The notes under the pieces: model-generated
What the model saw: only the letters and a program-made list of their open reading frames with translations
What the model was told of the DNA's origin: nothing
Database searches by the model: none
Shown here: one piece after another, positions 35,501-50,500 of the stretch
Layout of the letters: each line of letters starts with the position of its first letter
How positions within the stretch are numbered: position 1 is the stretch's first letter
Assembly: GCA_047495785.1 (NCBI GenBank)
Contig: JBLDXI010000020.1
Location: 1,612,001 to 1,676,000, forward strand
Source of the DNA: Lepidodermella squamata
Lineage: Eukaryota; Animalia; Gastrotricha
Direction of reading: 5' to 3'
Length of the DNA: 64,000 bases
Position numbers and translations under genes: made by a program

Positions 35501-38500
35501 CAACAGCGTAGCGATCGTCGACCCTAGCCCCGGCCGTAGGGTTAGACAACACAACCTGGAAAATTCGCGGCAACTGGCGAGTCGGCGACATCGGCCCGCC
35601 GAGAGGTATCACGACATCAGCAGACATAACGCCAGGTCGGAAAATGATTGTCTCCGAAATGTGGTGAAAATCGACTTTATCAACAGCCGGTAGCAACATC
35701 TCACCGCCATCTCCAGTTATTTCCTCCGGGACTTGGTAAGTTTGGACGTCGACTCGCACAGTTCGATCAGCGCCGCGGATTCGTTGAACTCGCAGGGTGG
35801 CTGCAGCTGCAAGGTGACTGATCGGTACCAGGGCGGAATTAGGCGCGAAACGGATCAGCCCGAACGGGTCGTCGCTATTCGCGACTTGAACAACAATTGC
35901 TGTAGCGTTTTGTTCAAGCTGAGCGCCAGGGTTAGCTGTTGTTAACTTGACACCGAATTCCCATTCAGTCTCCGGAACTTCGTCATCCAGGAGCGACACC
36001 GTGAAATAGCAGACCTCGGTGAAAGCCCGGCATTGCGCTGAACCTCGAGCTTGCACAAGTTTCTGGCGAAGGTTCAGCCCTTTCGGTGTATTCTTAGTTT
36101 CAAACGCCTCCCAGAATACGAAAACCTCGCCAAACATTGCCTGAGAGCGGCGTAGGGCTAATGTAACGTTAGGCTTCGAATCTTCGTTCGCAATAGGTCG
36201 TTGGTCGCAATCGAACCCAATACGGCCATTCCATAGATCGTTTCGCTCGATCGTGACCATAGTGAACCATTTCCCCTCGGTTTCGCTGGCTAGCCTCGCG
36301 CCGCCGACTGGCCGAGACAGGTAGACGGCGAAAGTTTCGTCCCCTTCGGCGATTTCGTCTTCCGAGAGTCGGACCGAGATTTTGGCCTGGCGTTGTCCGG
36401 ATTGCAGTACGACAACTTTGTCGAGTTGGCGGTAGTCGGCTTCTGTTGTAGCAACGGTAACAGCTGGCCGGGATGATAAAAGTGGCCATAAATTGGTGCG
36501 TTCAACTTCAACTAGCCACGGCTCAGAAGTGCTGGCAGTTCGGACTGTAACCGCAACCTCCCCAGCAGCGCCCACTAACACAAAAAAAATCAAATAAAAA
36601 TATAAGAAAATTATAAAAAAATTACCAAGTCGGTTGATGATAATGTTGGCAACTCGGCCACTTTCCGAGACATTCGAGCGTTCGACGTCGATGGTGAGAA
36701 CGCCGAACGGGTCGCTGTTAGCTCCGATGGTGATCATCGAGTAATTAGCGATTTGGCTGATCCGGGGAGAGCGAGGTGCCTCTGACGAAATAACCTCAGT
36801 CGGCAACTTCGCAACTCGAGTTATATTCACGAAGAAGTACTCGGAAGGTTCAGGTTCCGCATCACGATTTATCTGAAATTTACAAACAGATGAAACAAAA
36901 TTAAAGAGTTTTAATGCAACCAACCGTGACAGAAATAGTTCCGAGCGACTGGCCGTTTGAAATCAAAACCGAACCAGACTGAGATGGGACCTCATAGTCC
37001 AGACCAGGTTTCGCCGTTCCAGGTACGAATGTGTAGTAGACCATAATCGGGGCTAAACTGCCGTACAATCTCTCGACTGTGATGGTCACGCGACCTGAAT
37101 CTTCCGTGCCCTTGACATCGCGAGACAGCTCGGCAATTCTGACCAGGCCGTACCGTTCAATATCAGTCGTTCGATGGTCTTCATTCGGGCCGAACTCCGC
37201 ACCTCCGTCTACGAGAGATTCCGGATTCTCCCCGACAAAGTGGATCCGGTAAACGCGACACGGTTCCGCCTCACCGGAGGGTCTGACCCAGATAATGGCT
37301 TTATCTTCTCCGTGATTGATTTCCAAGCTTCCTTCACTAGGTTCAAGACGGCCCGCTGTGAACTGGCCTTCTTTCCCAGTATCTTGCGTCCAGTATAGGC
37401 GAAGGTTACCGTAGGTACCACGGCGGGTGACTACAACACGAGCAGCTCCAGTATTCTCGTCAACTAATGAGATAGGATCTTCGAATGCGACGATGCTATT
37501 TGCAGCTTCGGGTGAGGTCTTGATCTTCGCAATGTTCACGTCCAAAGTTGGTCGACTACTTTCGGCTATGATAGGTACCAAGGCCTCTTTCGCCGCATCG
37601 AGTAGTTCGACTCGAATCAACTGAACCGTGAAATTGCTGTCAGGATGCAGGAAGAACTTCGAGCCACGTGATAGCCGAACGATTTCCGAGGCCCACGATT
37701 TCCCCTCAGGGAATTCGATCAGCTCAGTTCGTGGTAGCAAGCCTGAAGCGCGACCTGGTGGGGATTCGTGGCGAAGGGAGTAGGTCAGTCGAGCGCGACC
37801 GAAGTTACCAGCCCGGCGCGTGAAGTTCAGCAGCAAAGTTCGCGACATATCAGCCTTCCTCACGATAAACTGCTGGTTGGATGAATTTATCGCAAAAACA
37901 CCGAACGGGTGGTCATTCGCGCTAATGACGAACTGAGCGAAGGTATCTTTATGGTCTAGTTCAGCGCCACCAGTTGCGCCAACTAGGGCGATAACAAACT
38001 GTTCGCGAAGTTCGGGAATGTCGTCCGGTAGGACTAAAACAGTGATTTCAGCAGATGATACACCGTTTTCTAATGTGACATTCCCACTCGGTGGCCAAAC
38101 ATCAGGAGCGGCTACGTCGATTGGACCCCGCAATTCCCATTTGACAGTCACCCTACCAACCGTGTTATCGCGACGCTCGATTCGGAAACTTAGCGTGACA
38201 TTAGCCTCACCCTCTGGTTCGGAGATTGTTCGCAGACTCAGCGATTCGCCGACAAACTTGAAAACACCGTTCGGGTGCCCGAATTTCGCCATGGTGATAG
38301 ACAGGGCGCCGTAGTTCGGATCGATTTCTCCCGCCTCTGTTGGGGAGGGTGGTATCGGGGTGACTCGGACTATTTTAAGCCAGAATTTCTTCTCAGGCTC
38401 CCACACGTTGTTATGGCCTCGGATGAGGATGGGCAGATCCCGGAAGCCGCCCGTTCCATCATTCCACTCGAAATCGCCCTGAAACTCGCAACCGTCTCCG

Positions 38501-41500
38501 TTAGGTGTCGGGCAAATATCGTCACCGCTAAGAACGGGTTTAGTCATATCATCAGGGCCGAATAGCTGCCACATCAGGCGCTGCTTCACATGCAAACCGC
38601 CACTTCGCTCGATTCTCGCAACGATTTCCGTTTCATTGAAGACGTTTGGTAGCTTCATCCGGGTCGCGCCAACAAACGCGAAACGGCCGTTCGGGAAGTC
38701 GGATTTAGCAATCGTGACGCGGCACCGATTCAGCGCCCTGTCAATCATCGCACCACCTGTTGCGTTGACCAGGATAACGTTGAAAACCCCGGCGGCCTCC
38801 GGCATTGTATCATCGACGAGGCGGATTGAAATCGTAGCGTTACTCTGCCCGTCCTCGATAGCGACCTCGCCAGCTACGTCGTAAAAATCGGTCCATTGCG
38901 CAGTTTCCACCTCAACTTTGTACAGGACTGTCACTCGGCCATAGGTACCCGGTTGCCGGGTTATCAGCAACTCAGCCCGGCCTGACTCTTCAACAGCGAT
39001 GATTGAATCACTCGCAAAGGCAACAATACCAGCTGAGTTATCATTCGCGGAGATGACTACGGCGACCGATGATTGCACCGGGTCTAAAGCCGGTGCTAAA
39101 TCAGGCGTGACCCATTTGTTCTTCCCGATTTGTAACCGGGTCAAATTAAGGTCATTCACATGAGGCGGTCGCAGTGAAACACTGGTTAAATTGACGAAAA
39201 ACTGCTCATTCGGTTCCGGCGTGTCGTCCTGGTATATCGGAATTTCCAGCGTCATCCTCGTTTGACCGGCAATGAATAACAGCCGGCCGGCGACTGGCTT
39301 GAAATCGCGCGGAGAGGCTGTATCAGTCGACGTCGTGAAGCCAACGTCGACCGAGCCGATTTTACCGAAACGGCGTTCGACGGTGAGGCAGACCGATTTG
39401 AAATCCTCGTCCACATACACAACCGGGTCTCCGATTATGGTGAACAGGCCGTGGGGGTAATCACTGGCTACGACCAAAACCGACACGGTTGAATGGGCGT
39501 GGTCCAGCGACGCAGCCGAGGCTACAGCAGATAGGAGGCGGAGTTCAAATGATTCAGCAAGCTGAGGTTCGTTATCGTCGCGAACTTGGAGCGTGATAGT
39601 AGCTTCAGCCGCCCGGTCTTCGAAAATTACCTGCCCCTCGGCGGTGAGGAATCGGCCCCTACCGCCAGACGGGCCAAGTTGCCAATCGACAGCGACCTCG
39701 CCGTAAATGCCGTTCTCTCGCATTAGGACTATGTCGACCTTACCCTGGTAGTCAGAATCGTCGAATGACGGCTCAGCGACTATCACTTTTTCGTAGCCAG
39801 GCTTTATCCGGACTACGCCACTCGCACCCGGGTCAGCTCGAATGATGATAACCGCATCGGAACCAGCCGGCGCCAGTTCGGCTAGCGTATCATTAGGAAC
39901 CAGCGATAGGATGAAGGCTTCGGTTCCTTCGAGTTCTTCGTCAGCTTTCGCCCGTAGGCAGACTTCTTTCACGATTTCACCCGGCGCGAAGGTCAGCACG
40001 CCAGAATAGGGTGGTAAGAAGTCTTGAGACGCGTTTGCACTCAAAACCCAGCGTAACTTGACCGTTCCCTCAGTTCCGTGTTGCCGAACGACCCGCACTG
40101 TAAGTTGGCTGGCCGGGTCAAAGTCTCGAACAGGCTCAGACAGAATGAGCTGAAATCATAAAACAGAAATCTCAAGTTAGGCAAAAACAGCCAATGTGAG
40201 CTGGCATGCATGAAATAGCGTGAAGTAACAGGCTTGGAAATGAAGAAATCGTGAGATTTCGCTGCCGAATTCCGTGAGCTCTAGAAGCATGCTTATTGAG
40301 AAAACAATAGGGATTTTTACCGAAAAATTAGCCATTAAATTAGTAATATCCAGCTCTTCAGAACTGCCTATGGCATCGAGCATCTGTCCGAGCGAAAAAT
40401 CAGGGAAATGAATAAAAAAGGGAAAAATTGAGTTAAAACCACAAAGGGGAAAAACGGGATTCAATGCGGATATTTTCAAAAATGTCTTACCGGTTGAGTG
40501 AGATCGAAAGAGAAGACACCATGCGGTGAATCATTGCGTTTAATGACGACTTTGACCGTGTTGCAAACACCAAGCCGTCCGCCGCCAATGACTTGCGTTA
40601 AAATGACATCGAAAACCTCGTCATTCTCGGGGATCGCATCGTCAACAACCGCGATGATAATGCCACTGACTCGTTGGTTGTCCTCAAAGGTGACAGTACC
40701 CATGCTAGGCGCGTAATCGCTTGGCGACGCGCTGCCGGGTCGAGTTTCCCAGTGGACAACCAGCCGGCCAGCCGAGCCGGTATGCCGAACAAGCGGCAAT
40801 TCGATCGAAGCGTCTTGCCCGATGATTTCATAGGCAGTCACCGAGGTCGGTAATTTGCTGATATCGAACTCAATGACCCCGTTCGCGTCATCATTAGCCG
40901 GTATGACTACAACCGCACTTTGCCGTTGCCGCTTGATAGACGGCGGCGCCCCGCGGCGTCGCTCGCCCGGCGCCAACCGGACTGAAGTCAAATTCAGCGT
41001 GAATTGCTCGGCCTCTTCCGGCAGATCGTCAGCGATTATCGTCACCCCGATCGGGACCCGCTTTTGCCCGTTCGTTATCGTAACCTTCCCGTCAATAACC
41101 GGGACGAAATCAGCACCTGGGGTGGCGGGAGCCTTGGCGGAAGACTGGTTGCTAATACTTATCGTGTCCAAAACCAGGCGGACCGGAGTTGATGGGACTG
41201 AGGCGGAAACCTGGTAATGAACCTCCAAGGTACCCTCGCTACCCTGTTCTCGCACTATGAACACAGTTTTTCGGTAATCTCGAGGTTCTTCGTAAGCCGT
41301 TACTACCACAGATTCCCAGCCGATAACTCCATGGGGCGAGTCATTCGCGAGAATTATGATTTTCGCCGTAGCCTGGTCGCCAATTCTAGCCGGGACTGAA
41401 GATGGCCCTAGCTGGTCTAAAACAACCGCAGCATATTCGTCAAGCTCCGGTTCAGGGTCATCAGGGATCGATAGCTGAATTCTAGCCGAGTTCTGCCCGT

Positions 41501-44500
41501 GTTCGAAAATGACCTCGCCGAAAAGTGGGGAGATATCGCGGTAACCGCCATCGGGTGGCGAAACTTGCCAGCGAACTCGAGCTGTGCCAAAGGTCCCGCC
41601 CCGTCGCACAACATTCAGAAAAACGACATTCGATAAGCCAACAATCTCATCAACTTCGATTAGTAATGAATCATTCGCGAAATCGATTATTCCATAGGCG
41701 TCGTCGTTAGTCCGGATCATGATTGCTACGCTTGACTGGTTTTCAGCTATCTCACAATCGCCCAACGGGTTTCGAAGTTGAAGCACGAAAGTTTCATTCA
41801 CCTCGGGCTCGTCATCATCTAAAACCGTGAGCATTGAGCTAAGTGGGCCCCGCTGGTTATGTAGCAGCGTAAAAGTGACGCCAAGGGGTGCGAAGTCGCT
41901 GGCAGCCGGGTCGATGCGACTGATGCCGTAGACAACAGAACGGATTCCGTCGCAGTTGGTCGCCACCAATACCTCAAGAGGTTGGCCTAGGGACGGTTGA
42001 TTGATGACGCTGGGATACATCCCGCAGGATGAGTGGCCAGACCAGACTGGGATGAACTTCCCAGTGTGCTGGTTCCAACGGAACATTCGCGATGGACCAG
42101 TTTCTTCGGCAGTTATCAGCTCAACTGAAAAAATTGGATTGATTCAAAGAATTCTTGAGTAAAAACCAGCTTACGAGTTCCAGCTTTAGGTGATTTATGG
42201 AAGCTGATTTGCCGCACCCTGGACGCGTCGATATTTTGCAGGGGGACAAACCGCTCTGTCGCCGAGTGCCATTTGAAAATCGAAACGCTATCGCCAATAC
42301 TTTGACTCCCATCCGTCTTGTTGCTAACCTCGCTGTCAGGGGTTAGTTTCGCTGTAGCAATAGCCAAAAAGTGGTCCAGCTCGTTGAGCGAGGCGAATTG
42401 AGCATCGACAGCTGACGGAGCTTCAATGCCCTGTTTCAGCTCGAAATGGCCGGTTCCAGTGCCGTACCAGTACAGCCGGCAGCTCAGGCCATGCTCATGG
42501 GTTTCCATCGCGAAGTAATTCACGATCAACACGTATGTGCTGTTACGAATTGCGAATGGCAAAACGCGTCGAGCACCCTCGGTTCTCGTGGTCTGGAAAA
42601 AATTCAATAAAATCTCAAACAGGTTCAGAAAAAAGTTCATCATTCAGTTATTAAAGCAGGCAGAAATTTGTTAGGTTAAGGTGGGTTTTGAAACAATTTC
42701 CTTACAATATTGCAAAGAATAGAATCCACTCCATTTTTATCCTTTTTCATTTCCGAATTAAAATAAAATTAGAGATGAATTGAAACGATACGAACCTTTA
42801 TTCCAGAGTCGAAGAAGTAGTGAGCGTGGCGAGACCATTCGTGAACAGTCAGTTGAAGCACTGTATTGCCATCTTCATCGGCAAAATTTGCCATGGCGAG
42901 GTAGAGCTGAGGTCCGAAACTGAAGGTAGCTACGTCTCGAGCTCCCATTGAGTCAATATCTTGATGCTGTGAAAAGAAATTTAAATTATTATCGAAAACG
43001 GTTATCTTGGGCAGAGAATACATACCACAATCAAAGTTCCATCCTCGGCAACTCGATAAATCCGAGTTTTCGACCTTAACCGGCTCGGAATTCCGAAATT
43101 AGCGATGACAAGGTAGTGCACGTTTTCGTCCTGGAACGAGCTGGCGGCTACGGCGTTATCTGTCAAGATTGACTGAACAGCCACAAGACTTCCCTGCCAA
43201 CGGAACCACGTCGACTGCGCAACATTTTCCACCATTTGCTGGTGCGAAAATTGCGAATCGCCTTTACTGGTCAGATTTTCATTCTGATGCGCCGAATTAT
43301 CGAGCGCTGCTAACGGCCCGGTTGAAGTTGATGACAGCATTAGGAAGTAAGTGAAGCCGTACATATCGAACGAATACCATTTCACAGTCTCTGAGCCGTA
43401 CAAAAGTTGTAGTGGAGATAGCAAAACTTTGTTTGTATCTCTCGTGTAACCAGCTGTTTGAGGTACTGTGATGAGGTCGAATGAAACAGTGCCGCTTGTG
43501 CCGTATTCTCGCGTGATTTCGATCGGCAGGTGTTGTTGGCCGGGTAGCTCGTCAACCTCGAGAGACGTCTCGCAGGTCGCCCCATCCGCCTCTTTCAAAC
43601 ACATTTTGATCAAGCCACGCGGGTAGTCACTTGTCGAGACATTTATCTGGATTTGATAGGCGTTATCGTCGAGCCGGGCGCCGCCGGTTGGGTCGCGAAG
43701 GACAATTCCGAATCGCTGCGCTTCTTCCGGAATATCATCATCAACAACAGCCGCCCAGAACGAAACTCGGCTTTGGCCGTCGAGGAAAATCAGGGAGGTG
43801 TTGCTGACGATGAGATTGCCTTTGACTGGGTAGTCTGACAGCGCTACAACGTCGAGTTGAACGGAAGAAACGCCGAAATGACCCGGCCGACGTTCGACGA
43901 ATATCGTGACATTCGACAACGCGCCAGGCCTTTCGTTGGGTTCGGATAAACGAATCGGGCCGGGCGGCATTGCGAAGCCTATCGTACCAGCAGCTCCATC
44001 ATTCGCTCGAATTTCCACCGTCACTACAAAATTATGAAAATTTAGATTAGAATGCATAAGTGAAATTTAAAAAATCCTCCTTATAAAAGAATAAATTTAA
44101 AAATTCAAATTAAATTAAATTAATGAGGAAAAAAATTAAAGAATGTAAAATTACTTCTTTGAGGCGATCCTAAAACAACGCCATCCGGGTTCGGACTCGC
44201 CAGAATAAGCTCGATCAATTCGGGCGGTTCAGGAATATTATCGTCAACAATGGTCAAATTGACGGTCGCATTTCGCTGGCCAGGCCCGAATGTCAGCGTT
44301 TGATCGATGAAAACGAAATCGGATGTCAGCGTAGTTCTAGCCGAGGCGTAGATGTAGACACTAATATTGCCGAAATCACCGCGAAGGCGGTCAACAACGA
44401 TGTCGATATGACCAACACTTTCGTCCAGCGAAATGTGGGCAGTTCGGAAGGCTAGCTCTCCTAAAGTTCCGTCATTAGCCGCGATTATTCCGCAACCAGC

Positions 44501-47500
44501 TGCGTTTGTTGGAGCGAGCCTAGGCGGAGTTGTGTCGATAGCACCGCCGCCATTCATCTCAACCCAGTGAGAGGCAAGGTTAACGCCGACTAGCCTAAAG
44601 CCGAACATTTCATCCAATTCAGGCTCGTTATCGTCGATTATCATGAGCGGAATTTCTAACAACTGAGTTCCATTCAAAATCGTGGCAGTTGCTTCACGTT
44701 GAGTTTGAAGGTCTCTTTCCGATACTACGGCCGTGTGGCCACGTCTGATCGGGCATTGCTCGTTCAATGCGGCTTCAACGGCGTAGGTAACGACCACATC
44801 GCCCCAGGATCCCCGGTTTCGCCGGATTTGCATAACAGGCCGCGGGTCGCTCTCAGAAAACCGTGAAACAGCTCGAACTAGGCCGAAAACTCCGTGCGGG
44901 TCGTCAGACGGGCGAACAGAAATCGCAACCGTGGATAAGGTCTCATTCAAAACAGCACCGCCATCGCGATCAATACCCTGGGTCTCAGGCACGAGAAGCT
45001 GCAGGAAGTACCGCTCGCCAAACTCAGGCACACCGTCCGGGATCAGGTACAGCGTAATGTTCCGCTTCGTCTCGCCTTCGTTGAAATGAAGCTCGCCGTG
45101 ATTCGCGTTAATACTCGTCAAATTCGCGCTGTTGTTGTACTTATCGACAATAGACCACGGGATAGTGATCTTGCCTTTCGCAGGTTGGGATCGCGAGACT
45201 TGAATAGGCAGGGTATCGCCCTCAGAAACAATGTAGCTTTCGTTTTCGAAGCCGATGACACCCGCGACAAAATCGTTGGCGCGAATCACGACAACCACAG
45301 TCGAATTTTCGCCCAAAACAGCCCCGCCGTCAGGCTGCTTCAAATAAATCGTTATCGTCTCTCGCTCCTCTGGAATAGGGTCGTCTTTGATACTGATAGA
45401 AAATGCTGGAAAAAAATGAATTAAAAAATTGAATAATTAAGGATATTAATTTTTTACTTTGAACTGTCACGCCTGGTGCGAAGTAGAGCGTAGCGCTGTC
45501 GCCGGTGAAATCGCCGGCTTTGAACATGTCGCCAACAGGGGTTGCCGTAGAACTGGCGCGATCAACTGCCCATGTCACGGCGACGCTGCCCATCGAACCG
45601 CCCTGTCGCGATATAACCATATCAATCGCTCGATCAGCCTCGTCCACCTCAATGTAATTTCCACCAGCGAGTAGACTCAGCATCAACCGCCCGTTCGCAT
45701 CGTTGTTTTGAAGAATGGTCTGGAAAAGATAATTAAAAATTCACGATCTTCCTTAAAATTTAAGGCTATGAATTTACCACAAGGGCTGTGTCGTTTTTCC
45801 CTATTGTTGGTCGATTATTTTCTGCTAGAATTCCGCCACTCCATTCAGCGAGCCGGACGTCTTCGAGTTTTATCCTGAATGTTTCATTCAACTCAGGGAT
45901 TCCATCCGCCTTAATGATGACTGGCAGTGACGAGTTGGCAACACCAGCCGGAATCGAAGCGTAGAACTTTCCAGAGATAAAATCTCCGTCATCACCACTC
46001 TCCGCCCATCGCCCGTACAGCACCTCCTCAGCCTTGTACTTATTCTTAACCCAATACTCGCTCTCGTTCGAGTGGACTATATCGCTATTCCGATTGAATC
46101 GTTCGCCAGCAATCCATAACCGGCAGCCCTTGTCGTTAGCTGTGTTCGCTAATTGGCCATTCTCTTTAAGCACGGCGATTCCGATGTCGAAAGCCTCGCA
46201 ATTTTTATCAGTGAGACATTCGAGCTGACAAGCAGTCATATCGTCGATAGGATTGCCAGATTGGGTGGTGCCTAGCCGGAACGATCTCGCATTTTGAGTA
46301 CGTCGATACCCACGAAATCCGAACTCGAAGAAATTCGACGGACTTTCGTTGAGAACGTCGAGAATATCGGAGATGTTCAAAGGCTCTACAACATAAGTCA
46401 CGTGAAGCGTCCCGAAAGTTCCGCCACTTCGATGCACGCCGATCGCGTGTTTTACCGGCGCAGCGTTTTCCCAAGCTGAAAATTCAGTCTGGCAAAAATT
46501 GATAGTCCCGTGCGGGTTATCATTCGCCCTGATTGTCAGGTGGTAAACGCGCTCGGCCGGTGGTCCTAATTCAGCGCCATCAGTCGCAAAATCCAGCGAA
46601 ATTTCAACAACTTCATCGATTTCAGGCACATCGTCTGCTAGGACGTAGAGGCTAATCATCGCCGAATCAGCGCCGGTGTTGAAGAACAAAGTTCCGTTGG
46701 TGGGGTGAACGTCATCAATCGCCGGTTTTCCGTCGATAGTCGCGGACCATCGGGCCTTTACGATACCGGTTAAGCCCCGTTTTCGCCTGACTACGATGTT
46801 GTTGACTAGGACTCGGTTCCCAACAGGCTCTTCAATCGATTGATGGGCAGGCTGGCGGAAGACGAGCAGCCCATTCGGGGAGTCACTAGCCGCAATTGTT
46901 ACAACAGCTCGTTTCGGCCAACCGACCTTGACCCCGCCAAAAGTGGTCTGGGGCATCAATTCAACGGCGAAAACCTCGCCAGTTTCGGGCATCAGATCGT
47001 CGACGATTAGGATCGGAAGTGACTTCTCCGTCTCGCCATGTTCGAGCCAGACCTCGTAGCCCCCGTTGGCCTCAAAATCTTGATGCTCGATCGCAGTGCC
47101 GTTTTCGAGTCGGAATTTCACGCCAACTTTGCCGTATGACCCTTTCTCCCGAACAATTTTAAGCGGGAACTCGCCGAATTCTATCGTGGCGTTTGCACCC
47201 TCTCTACCCTCGCTAACCGTAAGGTATTCATGAGACAACTGCAAAACGCCATGAGCATCGTCATTCGCGACAATAATAACCTCGGCATAAGCTTCAGACC
47301 GCGGGCAAATCGTCGGTTCTACAACGAAAATGTCCCGAGTTCGGTTTTGAAGCAACGATTTTTTCGAAGAAGTCCGCGCCATAGTTGGCACGTCAGACGT
47401 GAATTTCGGATCAGCGACTCTGACTGCGGTGATGATGATGAACAAACTTTCGTCATCTTCCGGGTCTGAATCGTCGATTATGTTGCCTAGCATGATTTCT

Positions 47501-50500
47501 TTATCGCTAACGCCCTCGTCGAAATACGTGTGCAAAACGTGTTGCTGCGTTCTAGTTCGATAGTCCATGCCGAATTTCGCGCGGCGTTTCGGCTCCAGGC
47601 CAAGTGGTTGAGGCACTGGTGGTTCCTCCTTAGACCCCATGACCTTGAAGGTGACCTGGACCCGCCCGAAAAGACCAGCTCTTCGGCTGATATTGAACCT
47701 TAACTCGCTGGAATTCTCGAACACTCGCAACGGTCTAAAGTCGTTTTTGATGAAAAACTCGCCGTAAGGGTTGTCGTTAGCCGCAATCGTGAAGTTACAC
47801 AGAGCCTTAGCGTCCTTAGCAACGGAGCCTCGAGACGCTTCGACGAGTTGGAAAGTGACCATTTCCGGTAGTTCAGGCAGGTCATCATCAACAACTTCGA
47901 CCAAAACTGTCGCGGCTTTTTGCCCGGGTCGGAAGGTCGCGAATCCCGAGCTGGGCCGCACGTCGTTGATTCCATCCTGAGTAACCTGCCAACGAACCTC
48001 AGCCGCGTCGAATGAGCCACCCTGCCTCACGATTTTCAACGGAATCGTCGCGATATTAGCCCCGTCAGACTCGGCAACCATCGCCCCGCAGGCGGTTTCA
48101 TCGAAAAGAAACTCTCCGTAAGGGAAGTCAGATTCAGTGATGATAATCTTAGCCCTGCCCGCGATAGCGCTGACCGTTGAACCACCTGTTGGATTAAGCA
48201 GTTCAACGAAGAAGTACTTCGAAGGTTCAGGGATTGAATTGTCGAAAATGGTGATGTTAATCTCGGCCGAATCCTCCCCCTCCTCTAGTCCGATGAATCC
48301 AGCAGCGGCTTGATAATCGCCATGGGCCTTCGCAGTGCCGTCAACAGTTCGAAACTCAACAGTCACCTTGCCCATAGTTCCTTGACTTCTTTGAATCGTT
48401 AGTGCGAAGGGCTTACTCTCCTCTTCCCTCGCGATTTGAGGCAGAATTTCAACAGGCTTTATCGGCCGGCCTTTGTGTTCACAAGGCACTGTAGGGCAGA
48501 ATTGGAACAGCCCGTTCGGCGAATCATTAGGCTGGATCCATAGCTCAGCCCTATCGTGGTCTGGGTGGATACTCGCGCCACTGGTCGGCGTCGACCCGAT
48601 CTCGCCATCAGCTACCGAAGTTCCTTCGATCAACAGAATGAATCTCTCCGCCCCTTCAGCCTCGGCGTCTTTCCTAGGCATTAGTGATAGCGTCATTTGC
48701 CGGACTCCGTTGTTGAACACAACATTGCCCTTAGCCTGTTCGAAATCGCTGTCAGCAAGCAGTTCCCGGCCGTCCTGTTTCACCTCATTAACGTGCCACG
48801 AAACTGAAACTTGATCAGCATCGCCACGTTGCCGCTCAATCGTGCAGTTGACCATTATTCCCTCGGCAACATCTGTCTCGGGCTTGCAGGAGCGAAGCAG
48901 GAACAGGCCGTTCGCGTTGTCGCTTTTTAGGACAGTCACCTTAGCGCTACCATCAGATGCCAGAATCTCAGCCCCTCCACTAACGTCCATCAATTTGACG
49001 GAGAAAACTTCATTCGCCTCTTCCTCGTCATCATCGACTGTGACCAGGGTCAAACTGTCGGTTTGATGGCCGCTTGGGAAGTCGACATACCCGTTAACTG
49101 GGTGGATGTCCTTTTGGCTGGGCAGCGAGAATAACTCCTGCATCTCTCCGTCTTGAATTGGCCGGGAATAGAGGCGGAAATCTTGAACTAGCCCGAAGAA
49201 TGGCTGGCCACCTGAAACATCAGCGCCAACAACAATTCTGCCAGAACTCGATATACTGAAGTCCGGTCCAGATTCGAGGAAGCTAAAAAAAACTGCGATA
49301 ATTATCCGGATTTTCGGAAAATTTAAGCTTACAAATTTTTGATCAAAGTGCCGTTGAGAGATACTCCAATATTACGCTGCCGATCTCGTTTAACATCGAT
49401 TTTTTCGAAGCAGTTCACCGCGACGAAATGCCAGTTACCATCGGTGATATGTGAGGGTAACATCGCGATTAAACGATGATTCCGAACATGAACTAGCAGT
49501 TCATTAGGGTGGCCTAACTGCAAGGCTAGACTGAACTCAGCGTGGCCACTGCGAGTGTCAGCTTTTGCAAACAAAAACTGCGGCTCGCCGATTACCTTCG
49601 TCGCCGGTTTGATCCAGAAACTGAGCGCGAATCCCTCTGAAAAGAAATTCGGGCCGGGGATTCGGCGCTTTGGCATGAAAATCGGTTCGCCTTTCAGTTC
49701 ATAGACATCAGTTTGGGTGTATGGCAATCGAACGTCAGCTCTTCGGACAATGAAATCAGGAGCGTCGATTAGCAAGTCGCGAAACGGCGGAATTTTCCCG
49801 GCAATGCCGTAGGAGTACATCTCCCAAATCGCTCGGATAGTCCCATTCAAACCCCGCAAACGATTCACATCGATCGTAACTCTGCTATTCCGATGATACC
49901 CAGGCAGGAAGTCTTCATCGACCCGAACCTCCCGGAATAGGATGGGGAACGTGATTAAACCATATGGCTGGTCGTTTTCTACGATCGTAACTTGAGCCCG
50001 GCGACCATCTTCCGCAATTCGAGCCGATTCAGTGTCGTAGATTTGGTACAACTCGACCTCGTAGGTTTCGTTGAATTCAGGCACTTCGTCGTCGATTGGG
50101 ATTAAATCGAATTTTTTAACGATTTCACCCTCGTCGAAAGTGACGCTTCCATTCGGTGGGGAGAACTCCTTGCACCCAGCCGGGGTGACAAGGCGCCATA
50201 GAAGGGTGACCTGGCCGAAGTAGCTCTTCTCGCGGAGAACTCCGATTTTAATTGCCTGACCCTCGTCGCCGTAGTGAACAGCCGGTGGCTCGAAGCGAAA
50301 AACTCCGGCGGCTTCGTCATTATTCGCTATGGTCACTGTCACCTCTGTATTTCCGAAAATCACGCATTCCCCAGTCGCGTCGGATAGAATGACCTTGAAA
50401 GTCTCGTCAGCCTCAGGCTCGTCGTCGTCGACAATATCGATCGTAATCGGTTTGTGACTCTCCCCCGGGCCGAAAACGACCTGGCGCGCGGCGAGGGGCG

